A DNA stretch of 64,000 nucleotides from a bacterium (GCA_965249485.1 OZ252239.1:2281047-2345046); one strand, 5' to 3'; counted from the first letter of the stretch, positions 29,837 through 43,189 are shown. Numbers and translations: made by a program. Notes: a model not told the origin generated them from the sequence alone.

Positions 29837-30458
29837 AATATTTTTAAGCATTCAGGGTGAATCAACATATGCCGGGCGCCCTTGCTTGTTTATCAGAACA
29901 ACCAGATGCAACCTCAGGTGTACCTATTGTGATACCGAATATGCCTTTTATGACGGCAAAGATATGTCAATTGATGAACTGTACTCTGTTGTGAGAAACA
30001 GCGGTGTTCGTCTGGTTGAGATAACGGGAGGTGAGCCTTTAATGCAAAAAGATATAAACGAATTAGTTAAAGTATTACTTAAAGATGATTATGAAGTTCT
30101 TATTGAGACATCGGGAAGTCTCGATATTGATGTCATTGATAGACGTGCTGTGAGAATTATGGATATGAAATGTCCATCGAGCGGTATGGAATCGAAAAAC
30201 GATTATACAAATATAGAAAAGCTGACTCCGCAAGACGAGATCAAATTCGTTATCGAGAATAGAGAAGACTATGACTGGTCAATGGGTATAGTAAAAAAAT
30301 ACAATCTTAATGATAAAATGCCGATTCTCATGTCTCCCGTATTCGATAAAATAGAGCCCGAAACTCTGGCAAACTGGATTTTGAGTGACAAAAAAAATGT
30401 GCGTATGCAATTACAGATGCATAAATACATCTGGGGTCCTGAAGTAACCGGTGTGTGA
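29823..30458 (+). CDS. queE: 7-carboxy-7-deazaguanine synthase (radical SAM)
   Basis: EIFLSIQGE, CNLRCTYCDT, ITGGEP, QMHKYIW. Confidence 0.93.
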   Translation: MKINEIFLSIQGESTYAGRPCLFIRTTRCNLRCTYCDTEYAFYDGKDMSIDELYSVVRNSGVRLVEITGGEPLMQKDINELVKVLLKDDYEVLIETSGSLDIDVIDRRAVRIMDMKCPSSGMESKNDYTNIEKLTPQDEIKFVIENREDYDWSMGIVKKYNLNDKMPILMSPVFDKIEPETLANWILSDKKNVRMQLQMHKYIWGPEVTGV

Positions 30459-30527
30459 CATGCCTTTATAATATCATTTCTATTAGACAATTCTCTGGAC
30501 AGTTTCATTCATATACAATTCATAACT

Positions 30528-31367
30528 ATGGGAAAGTATTTCACACCATATGGGTGGATTGGTGTTATAATCATCATTTCCGGAGAAGTACTTCTCTTCT
30601 CCGGAAATACATTTATGGGTATATGGATGACGCCGGTCATGTGGACTGGGTATATTCTTCTTGCAGATAATATTGTTTATAAAAGACAGAACTATTCCTT
30701 GCTTTCGTTGAGCGGTAGACTCCTCCCGGCAATTCTTCTCATTTCAATCAGTTCCTGGCTTATTTTCGAAGGGTATAACCTTCTCTTAAAAAACTGGTAT
30801 TACGTCAATCTTCCGGAGAATAGAGCAATCCGTTTTCTCGGATATGCGTGGTCATTTTCCACTATTACACCGGGGATACTGGTAACAAAGGATGCGCTGG
30901 TTTCGTTTGGTATGTTTAAACATAAACGATGTTCTCAACTTCGCATTTCAAACAGGTCACTATCGGCAATTATTGGTACCAGTTTACTACTCAGTATCTA
31001 CCCATTGGTGTTTCCTAATAAGTATCTTTTCCCACTAATCTGGTGCAGTGTCATCTTTCTTGTTGATCCGATAGTATACCTTCTAAAGGGAAGATCGATA
31101 CTTGGGGAATTAATAGAGGGGAAACCAGGTACGCTTCTCCAACTGCTTCTTGCTGGTCTGGTCTGCGGACTGCTGTGGGAGTTCTGGAATTATTGGGCTA
31201 TTGCGAAATGGATTTATACTGTACCGTACTTTCCGCAATTCAAACTATTTGAAATGCCGGTTATCGGTTTTCTGGGTTTTCCACCGTTCGCCGTTGAGTG
31301 CTATGTACTGTATCAGCTCTTTAAAAAATTATTACATATTATCGGCGTGAAACTGAAGTATTCCTGA
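30528..31367 (+). CDS. Conserved hypothetical polytopic membrane protein
   Basis: About 8 hydrophobic segments; two related motifs WLIFEGYN...WYY and WEFWN...WIY; FEMPVIGFLGFPPF. Confidence 0.75.
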   Translation: MGKYFTPYGWIGVIIIISGEVLLFSGNTFMGIWMTPVMWTGYILLADNIVYKRQNYSLLSLSGRLLPAILLISISSWLIFEGYNLLLKNWYYVNLPENRAIRFLGYAWSFSTITPGILVTKDALVSFGMFKHKRCSQLRISNRSLSAIIGTSLLLSIYPLVFPNKYLFPLIWCSVIFLVDPIVYLLKGRSILGELIEGKPGTLLQLLLAGLVCGLLWEFWNYWAIAKWIYTVPYFPQFKLFEMPVIGFLGFPPFAVECYVLYQLFKKLLHIIGVKLKYS

Positions 31368-31382
31368 GGGGCATTTGATTAT

Positions 31383-31415
31383 AAAAAAGGGGCGGAATAA
31401 AATATGCCGCCCCTT
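31383..31415 (-). terminator. Intrinsic terminator after ahcY, between convergent genes
   Basis: AAGGGGCGG/CCGCCCCTT stem with an A-run on the left (U-run on minus strand). Confidence 0.75.
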
Positions 31416-31445
31416 AAAATATTGGTTTATTGTTGTTATAAAGCT

Positions 31446-33853
<2,408 letters not shown>

Positions 33854-33956
33854 GCATTAACCTCACATGAATATATAGTACGCTTATTTAACCAGTGGGA
33901 TAGTTTACAAATTACATTATATATGTTATCGGTATTTATCCTTAATAAACTAAACT

Positions 33957-34931
33957 TTAAAGAATGATTTCAGAAAAATCGCTGATATTTAAAGTGTTAA
34001 AGGTGCCCGTAACGGTTGCGTGGCTTCCGATCAAAGAGTCTTTAAGTTTCACGTCTTTAACAAAAGCACCTTCACCGATAATACAGTTGACGAGAATCGA
34101 ATTTTGAATATTTGCATTATTGGCAATTGTTGAATTAGGTCCAATGATAGAGTTCTCAAGTATTGCACTTTTATCGATATACACAGGCGGGCAAATCTGT
34201 GAACCGTTTATTTGGTAATTCTGTTTATGTCTCGATAAAAGAAATTGATTAGTTGAAAGAATTGTTTCAGGTTTGCCACAGTCATACCAACCGTCAACAT
34301 CAAAGGTAGTGAATTTATGGTTATTATTAACCATGATTTGGAATGCATCAGTTATCTGGTATTCACCGCTCGTTTTGTGGTTATTTCCAATTAGTTCTTC
34401 GATTGCAGATTTCAGTATACTTCCTTGATTAAGATAATACAGTCCGACAAGCGCAAGATTGGATTTTGGGTTTGGATCTTTTTCGACAAGATGCTTAATA
34501 AAACCATCTTTATTTAATTCAGCTGTGCCAAACCGTCTTGGGTCTTCTACAGATTTTACGCCCAATGATGAATGTTCACCCTCAAATACCGGCACAAGAT
34601 CAACATCAAAAACCGTATCACCGAGAATAATCACAACAGGTTCATCAATAAGATAATCCTGAGCTAATCCCACTGCATATGCAAGACCAAGCATCTCATC
34701 CTGGTCATAAAAATCATGTTTTAAATCGTAATTATCCTTGATAAAATCTTTAATCTGATTTCCTCGATACCCCACTATAAATGCAAATTCATCGATACCC
34801 GACTCCAAAGATTTATCGATTATGTGGCTCAGAATTGGTTTGCCACCAACATTCAAAAGCACTTTGGGCATCGCTAACGTATGTGGTCGAAGACGAGAAC
34901 CTACACCTGCAACTGGAATAATAGCTTTCAT
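33957..34931 (-). CDS. Sugar-phosphate nucleotidyltransferase (RmlA-like, hexapeptide C-tail)
   Basis: AIIPVAGVGSRLRPHT..PK, LGD, VEK, WYDCG; left-handed beta-helix repeats. Confidence 0.88.
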   Translation of the reverse strand: MKAIIPVAGVGSRLRPHTLAMPKVLLNVGGKPILSHIIDKSLESGIDEFAFIVGYRGNQIKDFIKDNYDLKHDFYDQDEMLGLAYAVGLAQDYLIDEPVVIILGDTVFDVDLVPVFEGEHSSLGVKSVEDPRRFGTAELNKDGFIKHLVEKDPNPKSNLALVGLYYLNQGSILKSAIEELIGNNHKTSGEYQITDAFQIMVNNNHKFTTFDVDGWYDCGKPETILSTNQFLLSRHKQNYQINGSQICPPVYIDKSAILENSIIGPNSTIANNANIQNSILVNCIIGEGAFVKDVKLKDSLIGSHATVTGTFNTLNISDFSEIIL

Positions 34932-35014
34932 TTCACATGCCAGATTAATTGATTTTTACCAAGCTACGAAGCTAAATAAGGTAAGGATTTTTAGAAAAAA
35001 AATCAATTACTAAT

Positions 35015-36070
35015 TTACAGCTTGCTTTTGAGGTAATTGATGTTATCAATGCGGGAAGGATCCTGTTTATTCAGGAGTGCAAGATAGAAACTTATGTAGT
35101 CACCATAATATACCAGCGAGAAAGTACGGGCAAGAATTCCAGTTCCGGATGACCAGACATCAGAAAAACTGCAATTCTGATTTGCTAGAATTTCCTGCGT
35201 GACTTCAATTCTCTTTTTGATTTGGGTATGTTCATCAGTATCCCGAAGAAAAACGACATGATATCCGGTATGGTCTGTTACTTCTTTGTTCCAGCCCACA
35301 ATCTCGTTATGGCTCAGCTCAGGTAGGAATTGGCAGTAAGAGGGTACCTTGGCATTTTCATTCAATTGACATTTCCATCGTGTACCAAGAGCGTTAAAGG
35401 GGGCATATCCCGTATAGATCAATGGAATTTTCCCAACTATATCTTTTGCAAGACGCAAAGGAGGGGATGATGTGTAATTTTGCGTGCCATATTCGGCATT
35501 GAGATCTTTTAATATATTTATCGTTTCATCTATTTCAGGCTTCTGAATTGAAATTATGTTGTAGTGGCTGAGTGTTTTCATTAATGGAAATACAGAATAC
35601 CCAAGCGCTGCCCTCGGCTGGAAACCCGCCGGAATAGTGATGATGGGATCTCCATGTTGCCGTGCTATTTCGGCTAAGGTACCACCAGTAGTAATACATA
35701 CTATATGAGCGTTTCGCTCCCGCGCTTGTGCATAAGCGGAGAGTGTTTCTTCAGTATTACCGGAATAGCTGGAAATGCATACGAGCGATCTGTTTTGAAA
35801 ATAAGCGGGAAGCTCATAATTTCGAACAACGTGTAATGGTACGGAAAGTTTATGTTCATATAATGACTGAATTAGCTCTCCGCCGATAGCTGATCCGCCC
35901 ATTCCTGCAACAGCTATGGAATTGATTGACTCGCGTGCATTCGGCAAGTTTGGAATTTCCAAAGTATAGGCATCGTGGACCTGCACCGGAAATTCTTCTA
36001 TAAATCGTAAGTAATTGCTCTTATCGTATCGTTGAATTAGCGCACTGATATCGACATTTTTTTCAGTCAT
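35015..36070 (-). CDS. Bifunctional phosphoglucose/phosphomannose isomerase
   Basis: GMGGSAIGG, SYSGNTEET, QPRAA, RWKCQLNENAK, PELSHNEIVGW. Confidence 0.92.
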   Translation of the reverse strand: MTEKNVDISALIQRYDKSNYLRFIEEFPVQVHDAYTLEIPNLPNARESINSIAVAGMGGSAIGGELIQSLYEHKLSVPLHVVRNYELPAYFQNRSLVCISSYSGNTEETLSAYAQARERNAHIVCITTGGTLAEIARQHGDPIITIPAGFQPRAALGYSVFPLMKTLSHYNIISIQKPEIDETINILKDLNAEYGTQNYTSSPPLRLAKDIVGKIPLIYTGYAPFNALGTRWKCQLNENAKVPSYCQFLPELSHNEIVGWNKEVTDHTGYHVVFLRDTDEHTQIKKRIEVTQEILANQNCSFSDVWSSGTGILARTFSLVYYGDYISFYLALLNKQDPSRIDNINYLKSKL

Positions 36071-36155
36071 CTCGGTTATCCTATATATATGTTTTGAATT
36101 CTAATTAGTTTTCACTTGAAAAATTAAGAACTTTTTATTTTGTAAAAGAAATTTA

Positions 36156-37937
36156 TTATGATTTTGTCTGAAAAAAATCATCTTCATCCATCCGTGGAAA
36201 GATATCTCTCATCACATTTTGCATATAAGTCTCCACTTCCTTTGTTGTTTGGAACCGGAGACAGCGGTTACTGATTTTTTTAGCGTCTTTCAACTCAATT
36301 GATTTAAGAATTTGTTTGATTTTAGAAAGCATAATCGGACTGACACTAAATTCTGTTATCCCCAGACCGAAAAGAAGAATTGTGGAGAATGGATCACCGG
36401 CCATCTCACCGCACAATCCAACCGGGATAGAGTTTTTATTGCATGCCAGTATTGTGGTTTTTATCATCTTGAGTACTGCAGGATGGAACGAATTATAAAG
36501 ATTAGCCACTCGAGCATTACCTCTGTCTACTGCCAGAGTAAACTGTGTTAAATCATTCGTCCCAATAGAAAAATAATCCACTTCTTTTGCGAACTGATCT
36601 GCCAGCATTACAGCTGAAGGGACTTCAATCATTATACCGACCGGTACATTCTCATCAAAATCAATTCTCTGATCAGCAAGTTCGGTCTTGACTTCCTCCA
36701 TACGGTATTTGATCTTGTGAATTTCCTCGAGTGATGTAATAAGAGGGAACAGAAGCTTCACTTTTCCCCACACACTTGCACGGTAAATTGCTCGTAATTG
36801 CTTTCTTAAAATATCGGGCATATCAAGGCATATTCGAATTGACCGCCAACCGAGAAACGGATTGTGTTCGAGTTCCGTATCCAAAAACGGAACTACTTTG
36901 TCACCTCCGAGGTCGAGTGTTCTTATGGTGACAGGGTGAGGATTGATCTTTTTAATCACACTCGAGTATTTCTCAAATTGTTCTTCTTCGGTAGGAAGTC
37001 GGTCGTCAGCCATAAAAACATATTCAGTTCTGAACAATCCGATTCCGAAACCACCGTGTGCTACTACAGAGTCAACTTCGACATGGAGCTCAATATTGGC
37101 GTTGACGATAAACGGTACGTTGTCACGTGAAACAGAGGGAAGTGATGAAAGACGTAGATAACGATGTTCAAACTTTTTAAATGTATTACTTTTTCTGATA
37201 TACTGCTTGAGGGTTGCCTGCATCGGATTCAGAATGACTTCACCGGTCAATCCGTTGGCCGTAATAATATCATTGTTTCTTACTTTTTGAAGAATATAAG
37301 GAACACTGATTACCCCCGGAAGTTCCAATGCCCTGATCATGATAGTAGTATGAGTTGTTTTCCCACCGCCTTCTTGAATTATACCTTCAACATTCGCGTG
37401 AGAAAGCGCTATGGCGTCGAAAATATTCAACTCATTTGTAACGACTAACATACCGCTCAAATCGTCGGACCGCTCCTTCTGCAATCCCAGAATTTTATTG
37501 ATAACACGGCGCTTCACATCCCGAACATCAAGTGACCGTTCTTGAAAATATCTGCTGCTTGATGCATCGAGAGACCGTTGATAATTAATCATGACGCTGT
37601 AGTATGCATAGTCTGCATTTATCTTTTTCCCCTTGATCTCTGCTATAGAACTTTCGATTATATTCGGGTCTTCAAGAATCAAGAATATCGCATTGAAAAT
37701 CTCACGTTTATGGGCACTAATGCGAGTTCCAACCTGATCGATTATTAATTGAAAATCAAGTTTAGTGTCCTGAATGGCAAATTTAAGCTTATCGATTTCC
37801 TTCTGAATATCGCTTTCCGGAATATTTCTCCGCTTTGTTTCAATATAATCATCATCAAGGATAAATACTTTGCCGATGGCAATTCCGGGTGAAATCGGAT
37901 CGCCATTCAGAATTTTTTCTTTGGATTTCGTAGCCAT
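36156..37937 (-). CDS. ptsI: PTS enzyme I
   Basis: GGKTTHTTIM (phospho-His), GLFRTE, RTLDLGGDK, NPFLGWR, SIGTNDL, CGEMAG. Confidence 0.95.
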   Translation of the reverse strand: MATKSKEKILNGDPISPGIAIGKVFILDDDYIETKRRNIPESDIQKEIDKLKFAIQDTKLDFQLIIDQVGTRISAHKREIFNAIFLILEDPNIIESSIAEIKGKKINADYAYYSVMINYQRSLDASSSRYFQERSLDVRDVKRRVINKILGLQKERSDDLSGMLVVTNELNIFDAIALSHANVEGIIQEGGGKTTHTTIMIRALELPGVISVPYILQKVRNNDIITANGLTGEVILNPMQATLKQYIRKSNTFKKFEHRYLRLSSLPSVSRDNVPFIVNANIELHVEVDSVVAHGGFGIGLFRTEYVFMADDRLPTEEEQFEKYSSVIKKINPHPVTIRTLDLGGDKVVPFLDTELEHNPFLGWRSIRICLDMPDILRKQLRAIYRASVWGKVKLLFPLITSLEEIHKIKYRMEEVKTELADQRIDFDENVPVGIMIEVPSAVMLADQFAKEVDYFSIGTNDLTQFTLAVDRGNARVANLYNSFHPAVLKMIKTTILACNKNSIPVGLCGEMAGDPFSTILLFGLGITEFSVSPIMLSKIKQILKSIELKDAKKISNRCLRFQTTKEVETYMQNVMRDIFPRMDEDDFFQTKS

Positions 37938-37944
37938 AAACAAT

Positions 37945-38214
37945 CTACTCTTCTTCCTCGAAAATTTGATTCATAAGATCTATGAGCTTTGCGACAGCTT
38001 CCTTCTCTTTATCGCCATCAGCCCGAATTGTAACCACACTTCCTTTTTCAGCAGCAATTGACATGACGCCGAGTATACTTTTCCCATTTACTGCAAACGT
38101 CTCTTTAATAAGTTCAATATTACAGGGATATTTTGACGCCAACTGCACAAATCGCGCTGCCGGTCTGGCATGGAAACCAAGTATATTTTGAATCAGTATA
38201 TTCTTTTGTGTCAT
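37945..38214 (-). CDS. ptsH: Phosphocarrier protein HPr
   Basis: GFHARPA (His15), NGKSILGVM (Ser46). Confidence 0.95.
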   Translation of the reverse strand: MTQKNILIQNILGFHARPAARFVQLASKYPCNIELIKETFAVNGKSILGVMSIAAEKGSVVTIRADGDKEKEAVAKLIDLMNQIFEEEE

Positions 38215-38229
38215 ATATAGTATTGAATG

Positions 38230-39018
38230 TTAGTGTGCAAGTGCAAAAATTATGATCGACACTCCTAATCCGGCAATTATCCCAAATGCCGGGGACAATT
38301 TTCTGAAATTAAAAAGAAATGCAACGACCGCTGAGGCACCGAACACATAAAAACCAGTGTAACCCTGTTGAAATGTTATCCGGGATTCAAGTGGAATAAG
38401 TACACCCAAAAAAAGCAGGGTAAGTCCAGCCAGAATGGCATTGATTTTTTCAATCCTCAGAATACTTTTCGATCTGATCACCGACAACCCAAGCGAATAG
38501 CCTTCTTTGATGCCGTGCCATCTATAAAAAAAATGAAATATATTAAAAATTATGAGAAATCCCAATACACTTATAAAAATATTGCCGGGGAAGTGATCCC
38601 TGTTCAAAAATAGCATGACAAGAGCAATGGTTGAAGCAAATGGTTTGAGGTATTTCCAAAAAAGCCTGTCTCCGAGTGAGCCGAGTGCACCTGCGAAGCG
38701 GTCTTTGAAGTTTTCGATATTCTTTGTGTCACACTCGGAATTCCGGAGTTCTAACTCTTCGCATCGAAGCACAGAACCCAAAACAAAAGGCGCAAGATAT
38801 GGATGTGTATTGAAATAACCGGAATGGCGTTTTACAATGGTATGCACTGTCTCGGCATCTTGAGACAGACATTTTATTCCAGGTATTAATGAAACCGCAA
38901 ATCCGACACCAAGTTTTTCGGTCAGAGTAAATGATGCTTGTATAAACAGGCTGCGGATAACAATCGAAAGAAGCTTCAATTTTCCGATAGAGTATTGTGT
39001 TTCACTTCGATTTTCCAT
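38230..39018 (-). CDS. PTS mannose-family EIID component
   Basis: RSLFIQASF, RHSGYFNTHPY, GALGSLGDRLFW. Confidence 0.85.
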   Translation of the reverse strand: MENRSETQYSIGKLKLLSIVIRSLFIQASFTLTEKLGVGFAVSLIPGIKCLSQDAETVHTIVKRHSGYFNTHPYLAPFVLGSVLRCEELELRNSECDTKNIENFKDRFAGALGSLGDRLFWKYLKPFASTIALVMLFLNRDHFPGNIFISVLGFLIIFNIFHFFYRWHGIKEGYSLGLSVIRSKSILRIEKINAILAGLTLLFLGVLIPLESRITFQQGYTGFYVFGASAVVAFLFNFRKLSPAFGIIAGLGVSIIIFALAH

Positions 39019-39045
39019 AAATATCTTTAGACAGTGTTCACGCAA

Positions 39046-39729
39046 TTAAAGAAATAGAATTATGATTCCTGCAAATACACCGATAATTGCATAATACCAA
39101 AATTCTTTTTGCCAGACCATTGAAAAGGTAGTTCCAAGTCCTATGCCCAAAAATGCAATTAATCCGTAAACAAAATACGAATCCATTGCTGTGAAATAGA
39201 GATTTGGGAGGTTCCGGACAATCCATGAACCCACAAGAGAAAAGCTTAGAACAAGGACCGCGCCGGCAATTCCGGTAACCACAACACCGGTAAAATGACA
39301 AAGTTGGAATCTCACCAAGCTGTTCTCTTCCAGAGCCCTATGTGCATATGTAATAAAAATCTGATTAAATAACCTTTTTTTATACGTAAAATATCCGTAT
39401 ACATAGCTGATAACAATGCCATATAAAATAACAGTAAATTGTAATCCTTCTATCGAATAAGGGAATACAGGTAAACATAAAGCAAGAACAGAAACCGCGG
39501 TTATGGTTCCAAGGTTACCGTTTAGAAATATTGTACCGCCTGCCGGAACCAATTTGAGCCACATTACCTGCATAATTGCACCGACATAGACTGCGGATTC
39601 CAGTTCTCCGAATAATAATCCTGCTAAAGCGGCTGATACAATCGGCTGGGATATCATAAATTGCCCGGCAACGGTTGTATCCAGCGCAACAAGTGCTCCT
39701 AAGAGAGCTATGATACAATAATCTTGCAT
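39046..39729 (-). CDS. PTS mannose-family EIIC component
   Basis: LDTTVAGQFMISQPIV, GAIMQVMWL...PAGG. Confidence 0.8.
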   Translation of the reverse strand: MQDYCIIALLGALVALDTTVAGQFMISQPIVSAALAGLLFGELESAVYVGAIMQVMWLKLVPAGGTIFLNGNLGTITAVSVLALCLPVFPYSIEGLQFTVILYGIVISYVYGYFTYKKRLFNQIFITYAHRALEENSLVRFQLCHFTGVVVTGIAGAVLVLSFSLVGSWIVRNLPNLYFTAMDSYFVYGLIAFLGIGLGTTFSMVWQKEFWYYAIIGVFAGIIILFL

Positions 39730-39832
39730 TTATTTCCAAATTTTCAACGACTGCAAAATATGCAGCAACATATTCTTAAGTTCGGGAATGAGCTTATTAG
39801 GGATAATGGACTGATGTATAAAACTGTTTTGC

Positions 39833-40909
39833 TCAAACTTCAATTTTTTGATTGCCCGATTTGGTAATGAGCTGACCACATGCCCCCTGTATACCTTTTC
39901 CCATACTCTTTCTGACATTAACCTGTATGCCATGAGCTTTGAGGTGTTTGTATATTTCCTGAATTCTTTCTGGATTGGAAGATTTATAGGTAGAATCAAC
40001 TGTATTATACGGTATTAAATTTATCTTTATGGGAAGAGATTTTATCAATATGAGAAGTGCTTGAATTTCACTTTCAGTGTCATTAATCCCCTGCAATAAC
40101 ACATACTCAAACGTGATTAGTCTCGAATTTGGACGGTCAATCGATTTTAATGTTTCGATCAGTTTTAGTAGGGGAAATTTTTTCGAAACAGGCATTAAGG
40201 TGCGTCTTAGTTCTTCAGTACCGGCGTTGAGAGAGATTGCCAGTTTGAAATTATGTTTTTCCTTAAAGAATTGTTCAATTTTATGAGCTAGTCCTACTGT
40301 TGAAATTGTAATATGGCGTGCACCAATTCCTTTGCCTCTTTCATCATTGAGTATAGAAGCAGCTTTTAAAACGTTCTCATAGTTATGCAACGGTTCACCC
40401 ATCCCCATGAAGACAACATTTGTTATAGTTTCACCTGATATCCGTTCAACTTGAATAAGTTGTTCGATGATTTCACCAACGGTCAGGTTCCGGACAAGCC
40501 CCATTTTTCCTGTTGCACAAAATGAACACTGAAATGCACAGCCGACCTGGGACGAAACGCAAACAGTGCGTCGTGATCCGTCTGGTAATAACACAGTTTC
40601 AATTTGATTGCCGTCACTGAGCTCAAAAAGCAGCTTTTTAACACCATCCTCCGATTCAAGACATTTGAGCATGCTAAGCCGTGATATATCAGAAGAGGTT
40701 GCCAATCTATTTTGAAAATCATGCGAAATTGTCGTCATGTCAGAGAACATTTCGGCATTATGTTTATGGAGCCAATCAAAAATTTGGCGGGCACGGTAGG
40801 GGCGCTCTCCGTAATCTGCAATATAGGCAGTTAGTTCCTCTAAAGTGAGACCGGCGATATGGGTCACATCAGCGGTATCAATAGAAGTGCGTGCTGTGTT
40901 AGTATTCAT
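39833..40909 (-). CDS. rlmN: 23S rRNA/tRNA m2A methyltransferase
   Basis: SSQVGCAFQCSFCATG, MGMGEP, ACGQL. Confidence 0.95.
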   Translation of the reverse strand: MNTNTARTSIDTADVTHIAGLTLEELTAYIADYGERPYRARQIFDWLHKHNAEMFSDMTTISHDFQNRLATSSDISRLSMLKCLESEDGVKKLLFELSDGNQIETVLLPDGSRRTVCVSSQVGCAFQCSFCATGKMGLVRNLTVGEIIEQLIQVERISGETITNVVFMGMGEPLHNYENVLKAASILNDERGKGIGARHITISTVGLAHKIEQFFKEKHNFKLAISLNAGTEELRRTLMPVSKKFPLLKLIETLKSIDRPNSRLITFEYVLLQGINDTESEIQALLILIKSLPIKINLIPYNTVDSTYKSSNPERIQEIYKHLKAHGIQVNVRKSMGKGIQGACGQLITKSGNQKIEV

Positions 40910-41117
40910 GTTAGTCAAAAACTTTTTGTTTAATTTGATTCGTTGTTGAGTATTCTGAATAAATAATTATATTACAATAAAAATAGTTTGGTGCTTTTAT
41001 ATTAAAGTATGTTTTTTGATTTGTATTTTCAATAGAAAATATTTGTATAAGTTCGTATATTGAAAATGTAAAGATGATAACTATCTTGATCTGAATGAGA
41101 AGTTCAAAGAGGACAAT

Positions 41118-42125
41118 ATGGAAAAACAGAAAGATATTATAGATGACAAGGAAAAAGTAAAGCAGCTGCAGTTGGACTGTGAGCGTATTAAATCGGAGAT
41201 CGGAAAACAGATTATTGGGCAGCAAGACATTGTTGAGCACTTATTGATCTGTATGTTCTCACGGGGGCATGGTCTGATAGTAGGAGTACCGGGACTTGCA
41301 AAAACGATGCTCATCCATACGCTTGCCGAAATTCTCGATCTGCAATTCAGTCGTATTCAATTTACTCCTGACCTCATGCCCTCAGATATAACAGGAACCG
41401 AAATTCTTGAAGAAGATGTTTCCACTGGTCATAAGGCATTTAAATTTATAAAAGGCCCGATATTTGCAAATATCATTTTAGCTGATGAAATTAACAGAAC
41501 TCCTCCAAAAACTCAGGCAGCTCTTCTTGAGGCTATGCAAGAGCACAATGTGACAATAGCGGGCGAGACAAATGTACTTTCGGAGCCGTTTTTTGTCCTC
41601 GCAACACAAAATCCCATAGAGCAGGAGGGTACGTATCCTCTCCCTGAAGCACAGCTCGACCGCTTTATGTTTAATCTCTGGATTGATTATCCGACTCTGG
41701 ACGAGGAAAAAGAGATAGTTAAAACGACCACAAGTGCCTATAAAGCTGATCTTAATCCGATTCTGAATGCTCAGGATATTATCGAGTATCAGGATCTGAT
41801 TAGGCGTGTACCTGTCGCTGACAATGTTGTTTCTTATGCCGTTGAGCTCGTCACCATGACTCGCCCAAACGTCAATAATGCTCCGGGTTTTATTCGCGAT
41901 TGGATCAGCTGGGGTGCTGGACCACGGGCTTCACAATATTTGATACTCGGCGCAAAAACAAGAGCTGTTATGAGCGGGCGTCCGACACCCGATATTGAGG
42001 ATGTCAAAGCGATCGCTAAACCTGTTTTGCGTCACCGTCTTGTTACCAGTTTTGCCGCTGAAGCAGAAGGCATAGATTCTATAACCATAATTGAAAAGCT
42101 CTTTGATGAGTTGAAACAATCATAA
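41118..42125 (+). CDS. MoxR-family AAA+ ATPase
   Basis: GVPGLAKT, RIQFTPDLMPSD, DEINR, ATQNPIEQEGTYPLPEAQLDRF. Confidence 0.95.
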   Translation: MEKQKDIIDDKEKVKQLQLDCERIKSEIGKQIIGQQDIVEHLLICMFSRGHGLIVGVPGLAKTMLIHTLAEILDLQFSRIQFTPDLMPSDITGTEILEEDVSTGHKAFKFIKGPIFANIILADEINRTPPKTQAALLEAMQEHNVTIAGETNVLSEPFFVLATQNPIEQEGTYPLPEAQLDRFMFNLWIDYPTLDEEKEIVKTTTSAYKADLNPILNAQDIIEYQDLIRRVPVADNVVSYAVELVTMTRPNVNNAPGFIRDWISWGAGPRASQYLILGAKTRAVMSGRPTPDIEDVKAIAKPVLRHRLVTSFAAEAEGIDSITIIEKLFDELKQS

Positions 42126-42155
42126 TTTTCTTCACATATATTTGACGAATAGTTT

Positions 42156-43049
42156 ATGGACAAATCAACTTTTAAGCTCACTCCGGAAACGTTGTCACAG
42201 TTGGAAAATCTTGAAATCCGTGCTCGTTTAGTGGTTGAAGGATTTATCACGGGTTTACATAAAAGTCCGTATCACGGATTCAGTGTTGAGTTTTTGGAAC
42301 ACAAGCAATATATGCCGGGTGATGATTTAAAACATGTCGATTGGAAAGTGCTTGCAAAAACTGACCGGTATTATGTGAAGCAGCATGAAGAAGAGACAAA
42401 TTTGAAAAGCTATATTTTGCTCGATGTCAGCAAATCGATGGAATACACCTCGGGTAGTGTCAGTAAAATGCAGTATGCATCGTATCTTGCTGCGTCGCTT
42501 GCTTTTCTCATGCTAAAACAGCGCGATGCTGTCGGTCTCGCTGTTTTTGCGGAAACCATCTTAAACTATATTCCTCCGCGTTCAATTCAGTCTTATTTGA
42601 TTCACATCCTTAAAGCTCTTGAACATCTTAAGCCGCAAGGTACGACCAACGTTAGCAACGCATTTCATATATTAGCCGAACGGATGAAACGGAGAGGCCT
42701 CGTCATAATTATTTCTGACCTCTTTGACGATCCCAAAAAAGTTATTTCTGGTCTGAAACATTTTCGTCATAAAAATCATGAAGTACTAGTATTCCACATT
42801 CTTGATCCGATGGAGTATTCGTTTGCTTTTGAGAAAGAAGCAGTTTTTTATGACATGGAAACAAATGATGAAATCTTTACACTCCCATGGCATATAAAGG
42901 GAGACTATAAAGAACAATTGAAAAATCTCCTGCAGTTTTACAAAAAAACATGCCGGGAAAGCAGTATTGATTATGTTTTGCTAAACACAAAGACGGAACT
43001 TGATAAAGCCCTGCTGGATTATCTTACGAAACGAAAGCGTCTTTACTAA
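42156..43049 (+). CDS. DUF58 / VWA-like MoxR partner
   Basis: GLHKSPYHGFSVEF, YMPGDD, DWK, DVSKSM. Confidence 0.92.
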   Translation: MDKSTFKLTPETLSQLENLEIRARLVVEGFITGLHKSPYHGFSVEFLEHKQYMPGDDLKHVDWKVLAKTDRYYVKQHEEETNLKSYILLDVSKSMEYTSGSVSKMQYASYLAASLAFLMLKQRDAVGLAVFAETILNYIPPRSIQSYLIHILKALEHLKPQGTTNVSNAFHILAERMKRRGLVIIISDLFDDPKKVISGLKHFRHKNHEVLVFHILDPMEYSFAFEKEAVFYDMETNDEIFTLPWHIKGDYKEQLKNLLQFYKKTCRESSIDYVLLNTKTELDKALLDYLTKRKRLY

Positions 43050-43160
43050 ACGTGAAAAGAATATGTTCTAAAAATTAAAGGGACATATAGCAAACTCCGA
43101 TTACTTATGTGAGTGTAGTTTTGGTTATTGGTGTTTCCTTTAGTACAAGGTGGTTTCTTC

Positions 43161-43189
43161 AAAAAAGGCGGTTCTCACCGCCTTTTTTT
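43161..43189. terminator. Intrinsic terminator, bidirectional form
   Basis: A6-GGCGGT-TCTC-ACCGCC-T7. Confidence 0.85.

Noticed and set aside
29453-30458. queD-queE next to the accessory operon as a possible 7-deazaguanine DNA-modification (dpd) system
   Set aside because: No dpdA/tgt-like, helicase or nuclease genes; both look like ordinary queuosine-pathway enzymes
33854-33956. Possible SAM riboswitch upstream of metK
   Set aside because: Short AT-rich spacer without SAM-I or SAM-II core motifs
41118-43049. moxR-DUF58 without an adjacent BatA/VWA gene
   Set aside because: Split MoxR operons are common; not distinctive
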